This document shows, in pieces, positions 27,506 through 40,930 of a stretch of 64,000 nucleotides of DNA. The stretch spans positions 9,424,001 to 9,488,000 of the forward strand of contig OX597827.1 in NCBI GenBank assembly GCA_951406725.2. Direction: 5' to 3'. Under the pieces are notes generated by a model. It was not told where the DNA came from. It searched no databases and worked only from the letters and a program-made list of their open reading frames with translations. A program made the translations under genes and the position numbers. The stretch is from Octopus vulgaris (lineage: Eukaryota). The stretch's first letter is position 1. Every line of letters begins with the position of its first letter.

Positions 27506-28483
27506 ACAGGACTTGTCTATAGTGATCAAATATTTCTGCTGTACATTAGCTCACTGCCTCCATAAAAATGATATTACCTGAACAGGTGCACAAGATACCA
27601 CACATCAGATATTAAAGTGATCACCGAACAATATGGGATGGAGTGTTTTGCTCAAGAACACAATGCATCACCCAGTCCAGGAATTGAAACCATGATATCA
27701 TGAATTGTCGTGCAATACCTCGACCACTTGGCTATGCGTCCCTTTGTTTAAAAAATACCGTATTACTAAAAATAGTATATGATTTTGACTATGCTCTCTT
27801 ATTTTGCTTGGTGATGAATTTCTTGATAACTTGGTTATCTATTCTATTGCAAGGGTGTGAATTTGGTTTATATGAAATATTTTATAGTTGCTATGTGTGT
27901 TTTAACTGGGTGCTGCTTCCATTGTTAATACAGCTTTCAATTTGTTTTAATATTATGCTACAGATTGTTTGACTAAATTATCGGTACACCTGTTCTTCAC
28001 TGATATTTGTTTTATTATATTAATTTCATTTTCCGAACTATCATTTGGAAAGAGAGAAAAAGACAGACAGGTGGAGGAGTAGAGAGAGAGAATCATCAAA
28101 GTAGTGATTTACAACTAACGTTTTATATCTAGAGAGAGAGAGAGAGAGAGAGAGAAACATTTAATGTGTCCTTGCATTTATTGGCATGTATGGAATTTTT
28201 AGTGTAGACAATAAAATGACTATAAAAACACAACTGGGAGGCGGTTTATGAAACAGCAAAGACCAGGAAGTTCTGGAAACACAGATGAACCAAGAGACAT
28301 TATTGTTTCAAACAAAATGGAACAGATTAATAAATTAATATGAAAAAATGAATAATACAAATAAAAAGTTAGCCTAGTTGCATTTTTGCATCTTTAATAA
28401 CGTATTATACATATATACCTACACTATTTATTTATATGTACACATGTTGTACATACATATATACACATATACAAATATGCATA

Positions 28484-28519
<36 letters not shown>

Positions 28520-28607
28520 AATATGCACATACATACATACACACACACAAACACACAAAATACATACACACATGCACATGCATGTATGAAGTGAAAACAC
28601 ACACACA

Positions 28608-29461
28608 TACAGGGAGGAATGGGTAAATTGTTGCTATTTTATATTTTAATTTTGTGCATTGTTTGCTTTTGATTTTGTCGACTACACAGTATAGTAGGGT
28701 CAGTTGGGCACCCTATGTGAGAAAAAAACAGCACCATGAAGCAATTCACCAATTCACTCTGCCAGAAGTTTGGAAACAACATACTATACTGCCTAGCATT
28801 TGCCTCAGAAGCTTCAATGCGAACATTTCAGAGTGTTTGGGTGTCAATCTGAGAACAGAGTAATCTGAAGACATGTACCAAGAGTGATAAAAATCAAACA
28901 TTAGTCAACATCATGGTGTCTGGGATAACCACTAGTGATGGTGACATTATGCCTCCATTCATCTTCCCACAGGGCTTCAGACTCAACATGGAGGTCTACA
29001 TCAAGTGCCTGGAGGAGGTAGTGCTGACCTGGGTCAAGAGTGTGTTTGCTGAAAGACCCTATGCATGGCAACAGGACTCTGCACCATGCCACACATGTAG
29101 GAGAACCCAGTCATGGCTGTCAGACAATTTCTGCAACCACAACACTCCTAACATCTTGCTACCTAACCCCCCAGACTGCAACCCTATTGATTATTATGTG
29201 TGGGGCACAGTTGAGTGAGAGACCAACAAAAACCCTTGTAACACCAAAGATGACCTGAAGGCAATGATTACGGCAGCATTTACCAACTTAAACAAGGAGA
29301 CCATCCAGACGGGTTGAAGCTAATGGCGATTTTATTGAATGAATTTACACTTTAGTATTTAAAAATATTTTAAAGTAAGTTTGAGAAATATTTCTGTTAA
29401 AATGAAATGTCCATATAATTTTCATTTTTGTGTAATTTAGATGACAGTTTGTTCATCACAC

Positions 29462-29468
<7 letters not shown>
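28608..29468 (+). mobile_element. Internally deleted Tc1/mariner transposon, DD37D (maT) type
   Basis: WQQDSAPCH...PPDCNPIDYYVWG with 37 residues between the 2nd and 3rd catalytic Asp; TA-CAGGG...CTCTG-TA ends; in-frame stop. Confidence 0.88.
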
Positions 29469-29530
<62 letters not shown>

Positions 29531-29581
29531 ATATCTATATCTATATCTATCTATATCTATATCTATCTATCTGTCTATCTA

Positions 29582-29631
<50 letters not shown>

Positions 29632-29797
29632 ATATATCTATATATATATATATACTTGTATGTTTGTATCTGTCCACATACAAATATATGCATATGTATA
29701 CATACAAAGTGATAGTATACATTTATATTGAATACAAATATAGAAAGACCTTTGCTGTAGTAACTGGAAGAATGAAGAAAAGATGGAGGTCTATAGG

Positions 29798-29867
29798 AAG
29801 AAGAAGAAGAAGAAGAAGAAGAAGAAGAAGAAGAAGAAGAAGAAGAAGAAGAAGAAGAAGAAGAAGA
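29798..29867. repeat. (GAA)n microsatellite
   Basis: Direct reading. Confidence 0.98.
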
Positions 29868-31240
29868 TTATAAACACTTGCAAATTTTGAGTGGAACATT
29901 TCACAAGTAACATCACATGGCTTATAATCTGGTATTTGCTGTACTACATCAACAAGAATTTGGCACTTCAGAGTTTAAATATTTTCAGGTATTGAAGTAG
30001 AAATTTTGTTTTTTAAGATTCACAATTTCATATTTAAAGAATATGGTAATTATTTTAACTTCCTCATTAAATAAACTGTGGGGTTCGGTTTATCATAGAA
30101 CCAGTGAAATATCCCTTTCTTTATTATTCCATTTTTATATGCTTATCAATGAACAGTAGAATCCATCTGGTTGTAAATGTTTTGTTGTCATTGTCTTCTC
30201 TGCTGTTGCCACAATCACCATCTACACCACCACTACTACCACCACAATTGTCATCACCATCATCATCATCATCATCATCAATGTAGCTGTCATTGTTGTC
30301 GTCCTTGTAATTATCATCATCACCCTCTCCTCCCCGTCATCATCATCACTGACCCCTTCCTCTTCCTCTTCTTCATCAGCATCATCATCACCCTCATTGC
30401 AATTATGCCCATCAGTGCCATCCTCCGCCTCCTCATTATCATCCTCATCCACATCCTCCCCTTCCTCATCATCATCATCATTATCATCCTCATCATCATC
30501 ACCACCTTTATAAATATTCCAGAATAGGAAATTATTCCAAAACTTTTTGCGGCTCTAAAACAAGATATTCTAATATAAATTAATTAATTCAATACTGACC
30601 ATAGAGTGAAACGAAAATAAATAAATAAATAAATAAATAAATACATGAATATATAATTAAATAAAAGGAAACTAAATTTTTGAAGCAGATATTTTTGGTT
30701 AGCAATTAAGTTTTATTTTTTTTTTTTTTTTCACAATTGGCCATTTCTGATAAAAATCAGTTTCATTTGACACCAAATCAGTTATGGCACCTCACAGCTT
30801 TGTTAGTGCCAAATTAAAATGTGTTTGTTTATGTGTGTGTGTGAGTGTGAGTGTGTGTGTGTGTGCGTGTGATGTATGCATATGTGTGTATGTAGGGATA
30901 TGTGTGTATGCATGTATACATGTGTGTGTGAATATTTGTTTCTTCTCTTTTGTGTATTAGTGCATAAACAAATGCTCGTTTCATATAAATGAAATTAGTT
31001 ATTGTTTTACTTCATCATTGCTCCAACTTTGATGTTTGAAATGAATAGCTTAGATGCTGCCATACAAGAGATTGTGTCAAACAGAATAGCGTCGTTAATG
31101 ACACTAGCCAAATAAAGCATTTGCAGCAATTTCGTATGGAATCTACCGCAAAGCCATATTACTAAATACTCAGACAAATAGGATGATTTCAACTAAACCC
31201 TTAACTTACGTTTGGATTGTGAATTTAATCTATTGCTTGG

Positions 31241-31472
31241 TTTAAACTTTTGATACCGCCCCACCTGAGACAAACCCTGTTTCTGTGATAACAAATTTCC
31301 TGCTTGAAAGTAATTTTAATTAAACCCTTCCATTAAAATTTCATGTTAATTTATGAACCAAACATCAATTTAATAATGAAAATTTTATTCTTCTAAATTC
31401 TTCATCCTTTTCAAAATTAAACGAAGGAAGTGCGGCATGTTTCATCTGAAATATGGTAGCAAAAGGGTTTAA
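31241..31472. mobile_element. Diverged piggyBac-like MITE (family of 10083)
   Basis: tttaaacttttgatacc ... atatggtagcaaaagggtttaa. Confidence 0.6.
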
Positions 31473-31590
31473 GAACCTTTCTTGGTGAGTCAAGGAGAAA
31501 TCTCTGCGTGGTTGATTAAACTATCAGATGTAGCAACAAAATTCCCCCTACTCTCTTAAAAGCAGCATACCTTAGATAATATAATCATAT

Positions 31591-31975
31591 GGAGGCGCAA
31601 TGGCCCAGTGGTTAGGGCAGCAGACTCGTGGTCATAGGATCGTGGTTTCGATTCCCAGACCGGGCGTTATGAGTGTTTATTGAGTGAAAACACCCAAAAG
31701 CTCCACGAGGCTCCGGCAGGGGATGGTGGTGATCCCTGCTGTACTCTTTCGCCACAACTTTCTCTCACTCTTACTTCTTGTTTCTGTTGTACCTGTACTT
31801 CAAAGGGCCGGCTTGCCACTCTCTGCGTCACGCTGAATATCTCCGAGAACTACGTTAAGGGTACACGTATCTGTGGAGTGCTCAGCCACTTACACGTTAA
31901 TTTCACGAGCAGGCTGTTCCGTTGATTCGGATCAACCGGAACCCTCGTCGTCGTAGCCGACGGAGTGCTTCCACA
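31591..31975 (+). mobile_element. SINE D, tail type 1
   Basis: tRNA head ggaggcgcaatggcccagtggttagggcagc...ggtttcgattccc. Confidence 0.85.
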
Positions 31976-32201
31976 TAGTCATATACTTAAAAAACCCTAA
32001 ACATAAAACAACAAAAAAAAAAGCAAAACCCAGGATGCTTATAGGTAGAATGTCTTTGATCATTAGTCGTTTCAATCCAAGTTGATTTGGTTTTGAACAG
32101 CAACAGAAATACCATGTCTTCAGGGGGCTTTTAACAGAGACTACTCTGATGCAAAGACTTGAGGATAACTTCAATTCATCCCACTATATTTATATTTGTA
32201 T

Positions 32202-32547
32202 GAAGGCACATGACTCCGTGGTTAGAGTGTCAGACTCACAATCATGAGGCAGTGAGTTTGATTCCCAGACCAGGATGTCTGTTGAGTTCTTGAACAAGAC
32301 ACTTTATTTCATGTTGCTCCAGTTTCATCTCAGATGTAGAAATGAGTTGCAACATCACTGGTGCTAAGCTGTATCGGCCTTTGCCTTTCCCTTGGATAAC
32401 ATAGGTGGCATGGAGAGGGGAGACTGGTATGCATGGGTGATTGCTGGTCTTCCATAAACAACCTTGCCTGGACTTGTGCTTTGGAGGGGAACTTCTAGGT
32501 GCAATCCCATGGTCAATCATGATTGAAGCTAGTCTTTTACCCTTTAC
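32202..32547 (+). mobile_element. SINE E
   Basis: tRNA-like head, ttcttgaacaagacactttatttc core, (ttaccct)-like tail. Confidence 0.78.
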
Positions 32548-32574
32548 TCATTATATATATATATATATATACAT

Positions 32575-32825
32575 GTGTATATTCAAAGGGCAAGACCACT
32601 AGGTAGTCGGCCGAATGCTAGAAATAGATCACCAACGATCAAACTACAAAGAATGTTCTCTAGAGGAAAATTCAGTGAACACCAGAACAATTAGGTGGGT
32701 AAGACAGATGAAAATTATATAAAAAAACAGAATTAATCACATACCGACAGTTTCAACTATTAACAAAAGAATTACTTACATAATCCAAATGTCCGTAGTT
32801 TCGTCAGTGCGATCGTAATGACTGT
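32575..32825 (-). mobile_element. Penelope-LTR-like module with HHR core at 32741-32812
   Basis: CTGACGA-AACTA-[35 nt]-TAGTT-GAAAC-T-GTC; stem I pairs poorly. Confidence 0.5.
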
Positions 32826-32829
32826 TTAT

Positions 32830-32914
32830 GTGTGTGCATATGTATGTATATATGTATGTATGTATGTATGATTGTATGTATGTATGTATGTAAGTATGTA
32901 AGTATGTATGTATG

Positions 32915-32945
<31 letters not shown>

Positions 32946-32962
32946 GTATGCATGTATGTATG

Positions 32963-32993
<31 letters not shown>

Positions 32994-33014
32994 GTATGCA
33001 TGTATGTATGTATG

Positions 33015-33045
<31 letters not shown>

Positions 33046-33132
33046 GTATGCATGTATGTATGTATGTATGTATGTATGTGTGTATGTATGTGTGTATGTA
33101 TGTATGTATGTATGTATGTATGTATGTATGTA

Positions 33133-33163
<31 letters not shown>

Positions 33164-33336
33164 ATGATTGTATGTATGTATGTATGTATGTAAGTATGTA
33201 AGTATGTATGTATGTATGTATGTATGTATGTATGTGTGTATGTATGTATGTGTGTATGTATGTATGTATGTATGTATGTATGTATGTATGTATGTATGTA
33301 TGTATATGTGTATGTATGTGTGTATGTATGTATGTA

Positions 33337-33380
<44 letters not shown>
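32830..33380. repeat. (TATG)n/(TG)n microsatellite
   Basis: Direct reading. Confidence 0.97.
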
Positions 33381-33383
<3 letters not shown>

Positions 33384-33724
33384 ACATATATTGAGTTGAA
33401 GTATAAATATCATAGAAGATATATACAGTGTTTAAGAGCTCAGTTATTAACACATCGTTAAATTCCTATACATTATTACAATGCAATAAATGTTGATGAA
33501 GTAAAAGTGTATATACAGAATCAGCTACTGTGATCGTTTAGAGCAACATATTTGCAACAGAAAACAGCTGTAAAGTGTTTATGTCACATATAATTTATAA
33601 TCTACTTTTGACAGCTGTTTCAAACAGATAAAAGTATCGTCATAAATTTACATAATTAACATACATAATCAATCAATTTCATGTGATGCATTACTCATCT
33701 CATTATGAGAAAAACCTGAATATA

Positions 33725-33770
<46 letters not shown>

Positions 33771-33771
33771 T

Positions 33772-34882
33772 TGTAGTGAATAAACTGTCATCTAAATTAC
33801 ACAAAAATGAAAATAACACTGACATCTCATTTTAAGAGATATTGTTTTGTTTTTGTTTTTCCAGTTTCAGCTCTTGAGCTGTGGCCATGCTGGGGCACCG
33901 CCATTGTGGTGAAAGAGTACAGCAGGATCACCACCCCCTGCCGGAGCCTCGTAGAGCTTTTAGGTGTTTTCGCTCAATAAACACACACAACGCCCGGTCT
34001 GAGAATCGAAACCGCGATCCTGCGACCGCGAGTCCGCTGCCCTAACCACTAGGCCATTGCGCCTCTACTATATATTAAGCAAAATTAAATAAAAATATCT
34101 TGAAATACTAAAGAGTAAATTTATTCAATATAATCGCCATTGGCTTCAACTATGGCCTCCAGAAAACTTTGGAAACTCCTGCAAATCTTTTGGACAGTCT
34201 CCTGGTTAAAGTTGGTGAATGCTGCCATAATCCTTGTCTTCAGGTCATCTTTGGTGTTACAAGGAGTTTTGTTGGTCTCTCGTTCAACTGCATCCCACAC
34301 ATAATTATCAAGGGGGTTGCAGTCTGGAGAGTTAGGTGGCAAGATGTTAGGGGTGATGTGGTTGCAGAAATTGTCTGGCAGCCATGACTGGGTTCTCCTA
34401 TTTGCGTGGCATGGTGCAGAGAGCTGTTTGCCAGACATAGAGTCTTCTAGCAGCTACCTTCTTGACCCAGGGCAGCACTACCTCCTCCAGGCACTTTGAG
34501 GTAAGCCTCTGTGTTGAGTGTGAAACCGTTTGGGAAGATGAATGGGAGCATAACGTTGCCATCACTAGTAATCACTGCAAACACCATGATGTTGACTGGA
34601 TATTTGATTTTTATCACTCTTCATACATGTCCTCAGATTACTCTGTCCTCAGATTGACACCCAAACACTCCGAAATGTTCGTATTGGAGCTTCAGGAGTG
34701 AATGCCAAGCAGTACGTATGTCATTTTCAAATTTCTGTCAGAGTGAATTGCATCAAGGTGCTGCTTTTCTCACAGACAGTGCCCAACTGACCCTACTATA
34801 CTGTGTAATCGACAAAATCAAAAACAAACAACGCACAAAATGAAAAATATAAAATAGTAACAATTATCCATTCCTCCCTGTA
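33772..34882 (-). mobile_element. Second DD37D (maT) mariner relic, interrupted by SINE D
   Basis: SAPCHANRRTQSWL...PNSPDCNPLDNYVWD...EANGDYIE; collinear with 28608-29468. Confidence 0.88.
33845..34068 (-). mobile_element. SINE D, short tail type 2
   Basis: Same head as 31591; tail ggcggtgccccagcatggccacagctcaagagctgaaac. Confidence 0.85.
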
Positions 34883-35121
34883 TATATGGTGAAAGAGAGA
34901 GAGAGAGAAAGAGAAAGAGTGAGAGATAGAAAAAGAAAGAGAGAGAGTGAGAGAGAGAAAAAGAAAGAGAGAGAGAGTTGGGGAGCGATGGATAGATATT
35001 ATGATTTATTTGACAATTTTATCAAAATTTAGCCAGGTCCATATTGTATATATTCAAGTGGTCTATAAATGTGTATGATCTAATAATCACGCAAATTCGT
35101 GAAGCGTTCCATATTTTTCAT

Positions 35122-35550
35122 AGGCGCAGGAGTGGCTGTGTGGTAAGTAGCTTGCTAACCAATCACATGGTTCCGGGTTCAGTCCCACCGCGTGGCATCT
35201 TGGGCAAGTGTCTTCTGCTATAGCCCCGGGCCGACCAAAGCCTTGTGAGGAGTGGATTTGGTAGACAGAAACTGAAAGAAGCCTGTCGTATATATGTATA
35301 TATATATATATATGTATGTGTGTGTTTGTGTGTCTGTGTTTGTCCCCCTAGCTTTGCTTGACAACCGATGCTGGTGTGTTTATGTCCCCGTCACTTAGCG
35401 GTTCGGCAAAAAAAGAGACCGATAGATTAAGTACTGGGCTTACAAAGAATAAGTCCCGGGGTCGATTTGCCCGACTAAAGGCGGTGTTCCAGCATGGCCG
35501 CAGTCAAATGACTGAAACGAGTAAGAGTAAGAGTAAGAGTAAGAGAGTAT
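35122..35550 (+). mobile_element. SINE A
   Basis: Consensus match; (gagtaa)n tail. Confidence 0.92.
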
Positions 35551-35904
35551 ATATCTGATGGGTTTCTGCACATTTTCACCAACCGAATGTCACTTACAAA
35601 ATATTGGTCAATCTATAAGTATGTTAAAAGATACTTGCCCAATGTCCTACTTTGTACACAAGGCTGTGTAGACTCTGGAGCCACACAGCCTTGAGTAGGT
35701 AATAGGATTTGCTAAAAACCAATTCTGCAAATCAGTTTTAAATTGCAGCATGAATCACTTTTGCTTATGATGATGAGAAGTACATCAGTAATGATTCAAT
35801 GCATCTAAAATCACTTCTTAATAAATCTGTTATATTCTGTTACTATAGGGTAGCAAGTTTGTAGAATTATTAGCATGTCAGACAAAATGCTTAGCGGTAT
35901 TCTT

Positions 35905-36134
35905 AGTGGCGAGCTGGCAGAAACGTTAGCACACCGGGCGAAATGCTTAGCGGTATTTCGTCTGCGTTACGTTGTGAGTTCAAATTCCGCCGAGGTCGAC
36001 TTTGCCTTTCATCCTTTCGGGGTCGATAAATTAAGTACCAGTTACGCACTGGGGTCGATGTAATCGACTTAATACCTATGTCTGTCCTTGTTTGTCCCCT
36101 CTGTGTTTAGCCCCTTGTGGGTAATAAAGAAATA
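35905..36134 (+). mobile_element. Young SINE B inserted into an old B-like copy (about 35848-36400)
   Basis: TSD ggtattctt at 35896-35904 and 36135-36143. Confidence 0.9.
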
Positions 36135-37740
36135 GGTATTCTTCTGACTTTACATTTTGAGTTCAAAATCTGTCTAGTTCAACTTTGCCTTTCATACTTT
36201 CAGGGTTAATAAAATAAGTTCCAATTAAGCACAGGGGTCAATGTAGCCAACTCGAGTAGAAAATCTGTCTTGTTCAACTTGAACCTTGCATACTTTCAGG
36301 GTCAATAAAATAAGCATGACATAAGTACAGGGATTGAGGTAACCAGTTTACTACCTCTCACCAAATTTTAGGCCTTGTGCATACAGTAGAAAGAATTATT
36401 TTGTGTCAGTATAGAAAATTATCATTATTGTGCAAAATTGTGCATGTCAAGCATATTTTGGTAAACAACTATGCAAGCAAAATTTTTGAAAACTGCAGAT
36501 ATGGTTATCAAAGATGATTAATTATTTTTGCAGAAAATATGTTATGTTATTTAGTTTTATAAAATGTGGAAAAATTTCAAACTCCCATAATGACGACAGA
36601 TATTTACAGTAAAATGTATTGGAAAATGAAAGAGAAAGATTATGTTTGAGAAAGAGAAAGGAAGAGAAAGATTGGAGAGGAAGAGAGAGATTGGAGAGGA
36701 AGAGAGAGGCAGAGAGACAAACAGGCAGATAAGCAGTCAAAAGGATACACGGAAAGAAAGAGAAAAACAGAAAGAAAAAAGGAGAAAGAGATGCAGACAG
36801 ACAGATACAGAAACAAAAAGGGGAAACAGAGAATAAAAAAGATTGAGAGAAAGTGAAAGTAAAAGATATGGCAAGAAGCAGAGACATGCAGAGTGAGAGG
36901 GAGAGTGAGGGAGTTAGAGAGAAGGAGAGGTGGAGAGAAATGATAGAGAAGAAGGCTATCAAAAGCTTTCTAGAAGCAGGAGGCCTTAGAGAAAGGTGGG
37001 TGAAGACGTATTATGATGAGAGAAAGAAGACAGGAAGCATATTTCGTGTGAGAATGGAAAAGAAATAATTAAATAGAAAAACGAAAAAACCAAGAAACAA
37101 CAAACAAAAATAGATAACAACAACAACATTACCACATTATCGCAGAAAGAAACAAAAAATGTGTTTAAATGAGGAAGGATTTTGAGAAAAACAGGATGGT
37201 AATAAATAGAAAATTAGCAGTAAAATGACCGACGAAATGAGGTTCACCTGAAGGATGGAAATATAATTTAACGAGAAGATTATTGCTTAAATAAATAACA
37301 GTGTGTGTTTGTAGAAATTAAATTCGGAGGAAATGATTTCCCAGGCACAAAATACGTCATGAAATTTGTATTCTAGGTGAATGCAAGTAAAATGAAAAAA
37401 TGCAACAAAGCTCTGAAACAATTTAGCAAACGAGGGAATGAAACAAATGGTTTTGGCTGATAACTGCTGCTTAAATGCTGTGGAAAAAAGATTCCAAAGA
37501 ATATGTTGATAATAACAAATTCTTGTGAGTATTTCGGTGTGTACTTGTGTGTATATGTATTTCTCAAGTAGAAAACATACATACATACATATATATGTGT
37601 GTGTTTGTGTATGTATATATATATATATGTGTGTGTGTATATATATGTGTATATATATATATGTATGTATATATATATATATATGTGTGTGTGTATATAT
37701 ATATATGTGTATATATATGTGTGTGTATATATATATATAT

Positions 37741-37872
37741 ACTTAGCGGTTCGGCAAAAGAGACCGATAGAATAAGTACTGGGCTTACAAAGAATAAGTA
37801 CCGGGATCGAGTTGCTCGATTAAAAGCGGTGCTCCAGCATGGCCGCAGTCAAAATGACTGAAACAAGTAAAA
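37741..37872 (+). mobile_element. SINE A, 3' fragment
   Basis: Consensus match. Confidence 0.85.
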
Positions 37873-38282
37873 AGAAAAAAAAAGAAAAAGAATATATATA
37901 TATATATATATATATAGACGTACACGCACATATTTGTATGTATATATATATATATATATATATATACATACACATACATATTTGTGTGTGTGTGCATGTG
38001 TGTGTCTGTGTGTCTGCGTGTGTCTCTGCGTGTGTATGGCAGTGTGGTTTAGAAGTTGTTTCCAAGCCTTATGGTCTTGAATTCAGTTCCACTATAGGGC
38101 CTCTTTGACACGTGTCTTCTCCTATTGATCCAAGTCAACCAAGGTATTATATGTAGATTTGATAGATAGAAATACAAAGCTTCTTTGTATTGCATGTATA
38201 CAATACAAATATATACATATATACACATATACAAACACCCATACATACATGTATCCATATTCATATATATGCAATTATATAC

Positions 38283-38484
38283 TCTCTTTTACTCTTTTAC
38301 TTGTTTCAGTCATTTGACTGCGGCCATGCTGGAGCACCACCTTTTAGTCGAGCAAATCGACCCCTAGTACTTATTCTATCGGTCTCTTTTGCCGAACCGC
38401 TAAGTAACGGGGACAAAAACATACCAGCATCGGTTGTCAAGCAATGTTGGGAGGGGTGACAAACACAGACACACAAACACACAC

Positions 38485-38538
<54 letters not shown>

Positions 38539-38698
38539 GACAGGCTTCTTTCAGTTTCCGTCTACCAAATCCACTCACAAGGCTTTGGTCGGCCTGAGGC
38601 TATAGTAGAAGACACTTTCCCAAGGTGCCACGCAGGGGGACTGAACCCGGAACCGTGTGGTTGGTAAGCAAGCTACTTACCACAGAGCCACTCCTGCA

Positions 38699-38700
<2 letters not shown>
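38283..38700 (-). mobile_element. SINE A with small internal deletion
   Basis: Consensus match. Confidence 0.9.
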
Positions 38701-38733
<33 letters not shown>

Positions 38734-39115
38734 TTATGTATGCATGCATGTGTGTGCACATTTATATAGTTGAGAGTTGTATATTCTTGGTTGTGGTATA
38801 TAACTGGTTAAAAGGTTACCATTGGTCTTGCTTCTCATATTACACTTAGCAATACAGATGACTCATCAGATACACACATCTATATTCCCAGCTGCAATAA
38901 CAGTTTAAGGTGGCAGTTGGCAAAATCATTACAGCATGTAATAAATTGCTTAGCGTAATTTTTTCCGGCTCTTTCCATTCAGAGGTCAAACAGCGCCAAG
39001 GTCTACATTGCAAAATCATGGTCACTTTTTGACTGGTCACATGCTATAACCCAAAATATACTACTCAGCTATATAAATGTAGAATTGTTCAAAATGAATA
39101 TGTATATGTACATAC

Positions 39116-39151
<36 letters not shown>

Positions 39152-39292
39152 GTAATATACCAACAATTTAGATTCAAAAGAATATGGCACATGGCACTTA
39201 ATTTAGATGCACCAGAATTTTTTATGGTGTAGCCATAAAAATATGCGGGGTGATTATAATCAAAAATAAGCAACAAGAATGAATCCGGTAAT

Positions 39293-39378
39293 TTAGTACA
39301 ATTGTTTCATACTACAACATTTTATTAAAAGTTGTAAGTATTACAGCAGATTTAAGTTGGCGAGTAATCTTCAGCTAA
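39293..39378 (-). ncRNA. Type-I hammerhead ribozyme motif, left arm
   Basis: TTAG-CTGAAGA-TTACT-[49 nt]-AGTAT-GAAAC-AATT-GTA-CTAA. Confidence 0.65.
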
Positions 39379-39525
39379 TTTTATAGGTTTTGGTCAGTTG
39401 GCATCTAAACTACACTACCTCATGTTCCTAAGATTCATATCTACATCTTTATCTGTATATCTACCTTCCCTAAGATGTTATTAATTGATTTGAGAACTTT
39501 ATATTATTGGAAAACCTATATAAAA

Positions 39526-39611
39526 TTAGCTGAAGATTACTCGGCATCTTAAATCTGCTGTAATATTTATAGCTTTTAATAAAATGTTGTAGTATGAAAC
39601 AATTGTACTAA
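39526..39611 (+). ncRNA. Type-I hammerhead ribozyme motif, right arm
   Basis: Same core; palindromic stem III ACAATTGT; GUA cleavage triplet. Confidence 0.65.
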
Positions 39612-39699
39612 ATTACAGGATTCATTCTTGTTGCTTATTTTTGATATATGTAATATATGTATATATATATGTATGTACCTGTATGTATATATGGGCCTT

Positions 39700-40050
39700 A
39701 CAGAGGCAATGAGCAAGACCCTTCACATCATGTCGTACATGAGAAGAAGACCCATTAAACCAAGCAAAATTGCAGCTGTGGCAGATACTGGTGTCATGCA
39801 AATTGGCGCCCGTGCTAGTGGCATGTAAAAGTATCCCAGTGTCACACAAATGCCATTCATGTCAGTGGCATGTAAAAGCACCCATTACATTCTTGGAGTG
39901 GTTGGCATTATGAAGGGGATTTCATCCAGCTGTAGAAAACTATGCCAAATCAGACTGGAGTTTGGTGCAGCCTTCCAGCATGCCAGCCCAGTCAAACCAT
40001 CCAGCAAAGGCCAGCATGGACAATGGATGTTAAATGATGATGATGATAGT
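39700..40050 (+). mobile_element. Family C, longer old copy
   Basis: aaaagcacccattacattcttggagtggttggc...ggatgttaaat(gat)n. Confidence 0.75.
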
Positions 40051-40137
40051 GATATATATATGTGTGTGTGTGTGTATATACATACATATATATATATTTA
40101 GATACATATTTATATATATGTATATATATATACATAT

Positions 40138-40168
<31 letters not shown>

Positions 40169-40930
40169 CACACATATATAAAATAAACTTACTTGGAAAT
40201 GGATGCATAGCATTTGATCATATAATGATATAAATTATATTTATGCATATATACACACATATATATGTATATATACATGCATATATGGGTACAGGACATT
40301 AAAATATGTAAACAAAATGAAAAGCAAGAACATAAAAAAACATGAAAAACGAACTTTTTCTTCGAACAACGAAAGAAACAAATAGAGAAATGAGACGGGT
40401 AACATAGAGAACAATCCCTTCATCTGTGGTCCCCTGTTTTATCTACTCCGCATTTTGAACGTTGGGACAAGATGCGACTTCATTAAAACAGTCATTCCCG
40501 CAAAGCAAATAAAGTTTGGGATTTGTGGAGGGTTAAAGTGGTAACAGAAACAGGACAGTGAGAACAAAACAGTAAAAACAAACGGTATGGGCTGTTAAGC
40601 CTTAACGAGGTGAAGTGGTGAATGCTGGAGAAACAAGCTTTGACAGGAGACAGGCAAAAGTGTGTCTTATCTCTTGTAAAGCATGAGGGAAAAGGAAGAT
40701 AGCTGCTGGTCATGTATGAGCAACGAGAGAGTCAAGGAGGAAGTGTGAGGGAGAGAGAGGAAGAGAAAGAGTATGGTGAAGGGGAGGAGAAGAAACACAG
40801 AAAGAAAGAAGAATAATAAGAGTGTACATCAGAATTATTAAGATGAAAATTACTTGGAAATGGATGCATGGCATTCGATCATATAATAATATAAATAATA
40901 TATATGTGCATGAATATGTGTATGTATATA

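Larger units (their letters stand above)
39259..39645. repeat. Inverted repeat (arms 39259-39391 and 39511-39645), each arm with a type-I HHR
   Basis: Arms are reverse complements; see HHR features. Confidence 0.9.

Noticed and set aside
30177-30527. Hydrophobic or acidic ORFs resembling membrane proteins (also 14199-14522, 36522-36962)
   Set aside because: Degenerate (CAT)n/(CCT)n or GA-rich low-complexity sequence
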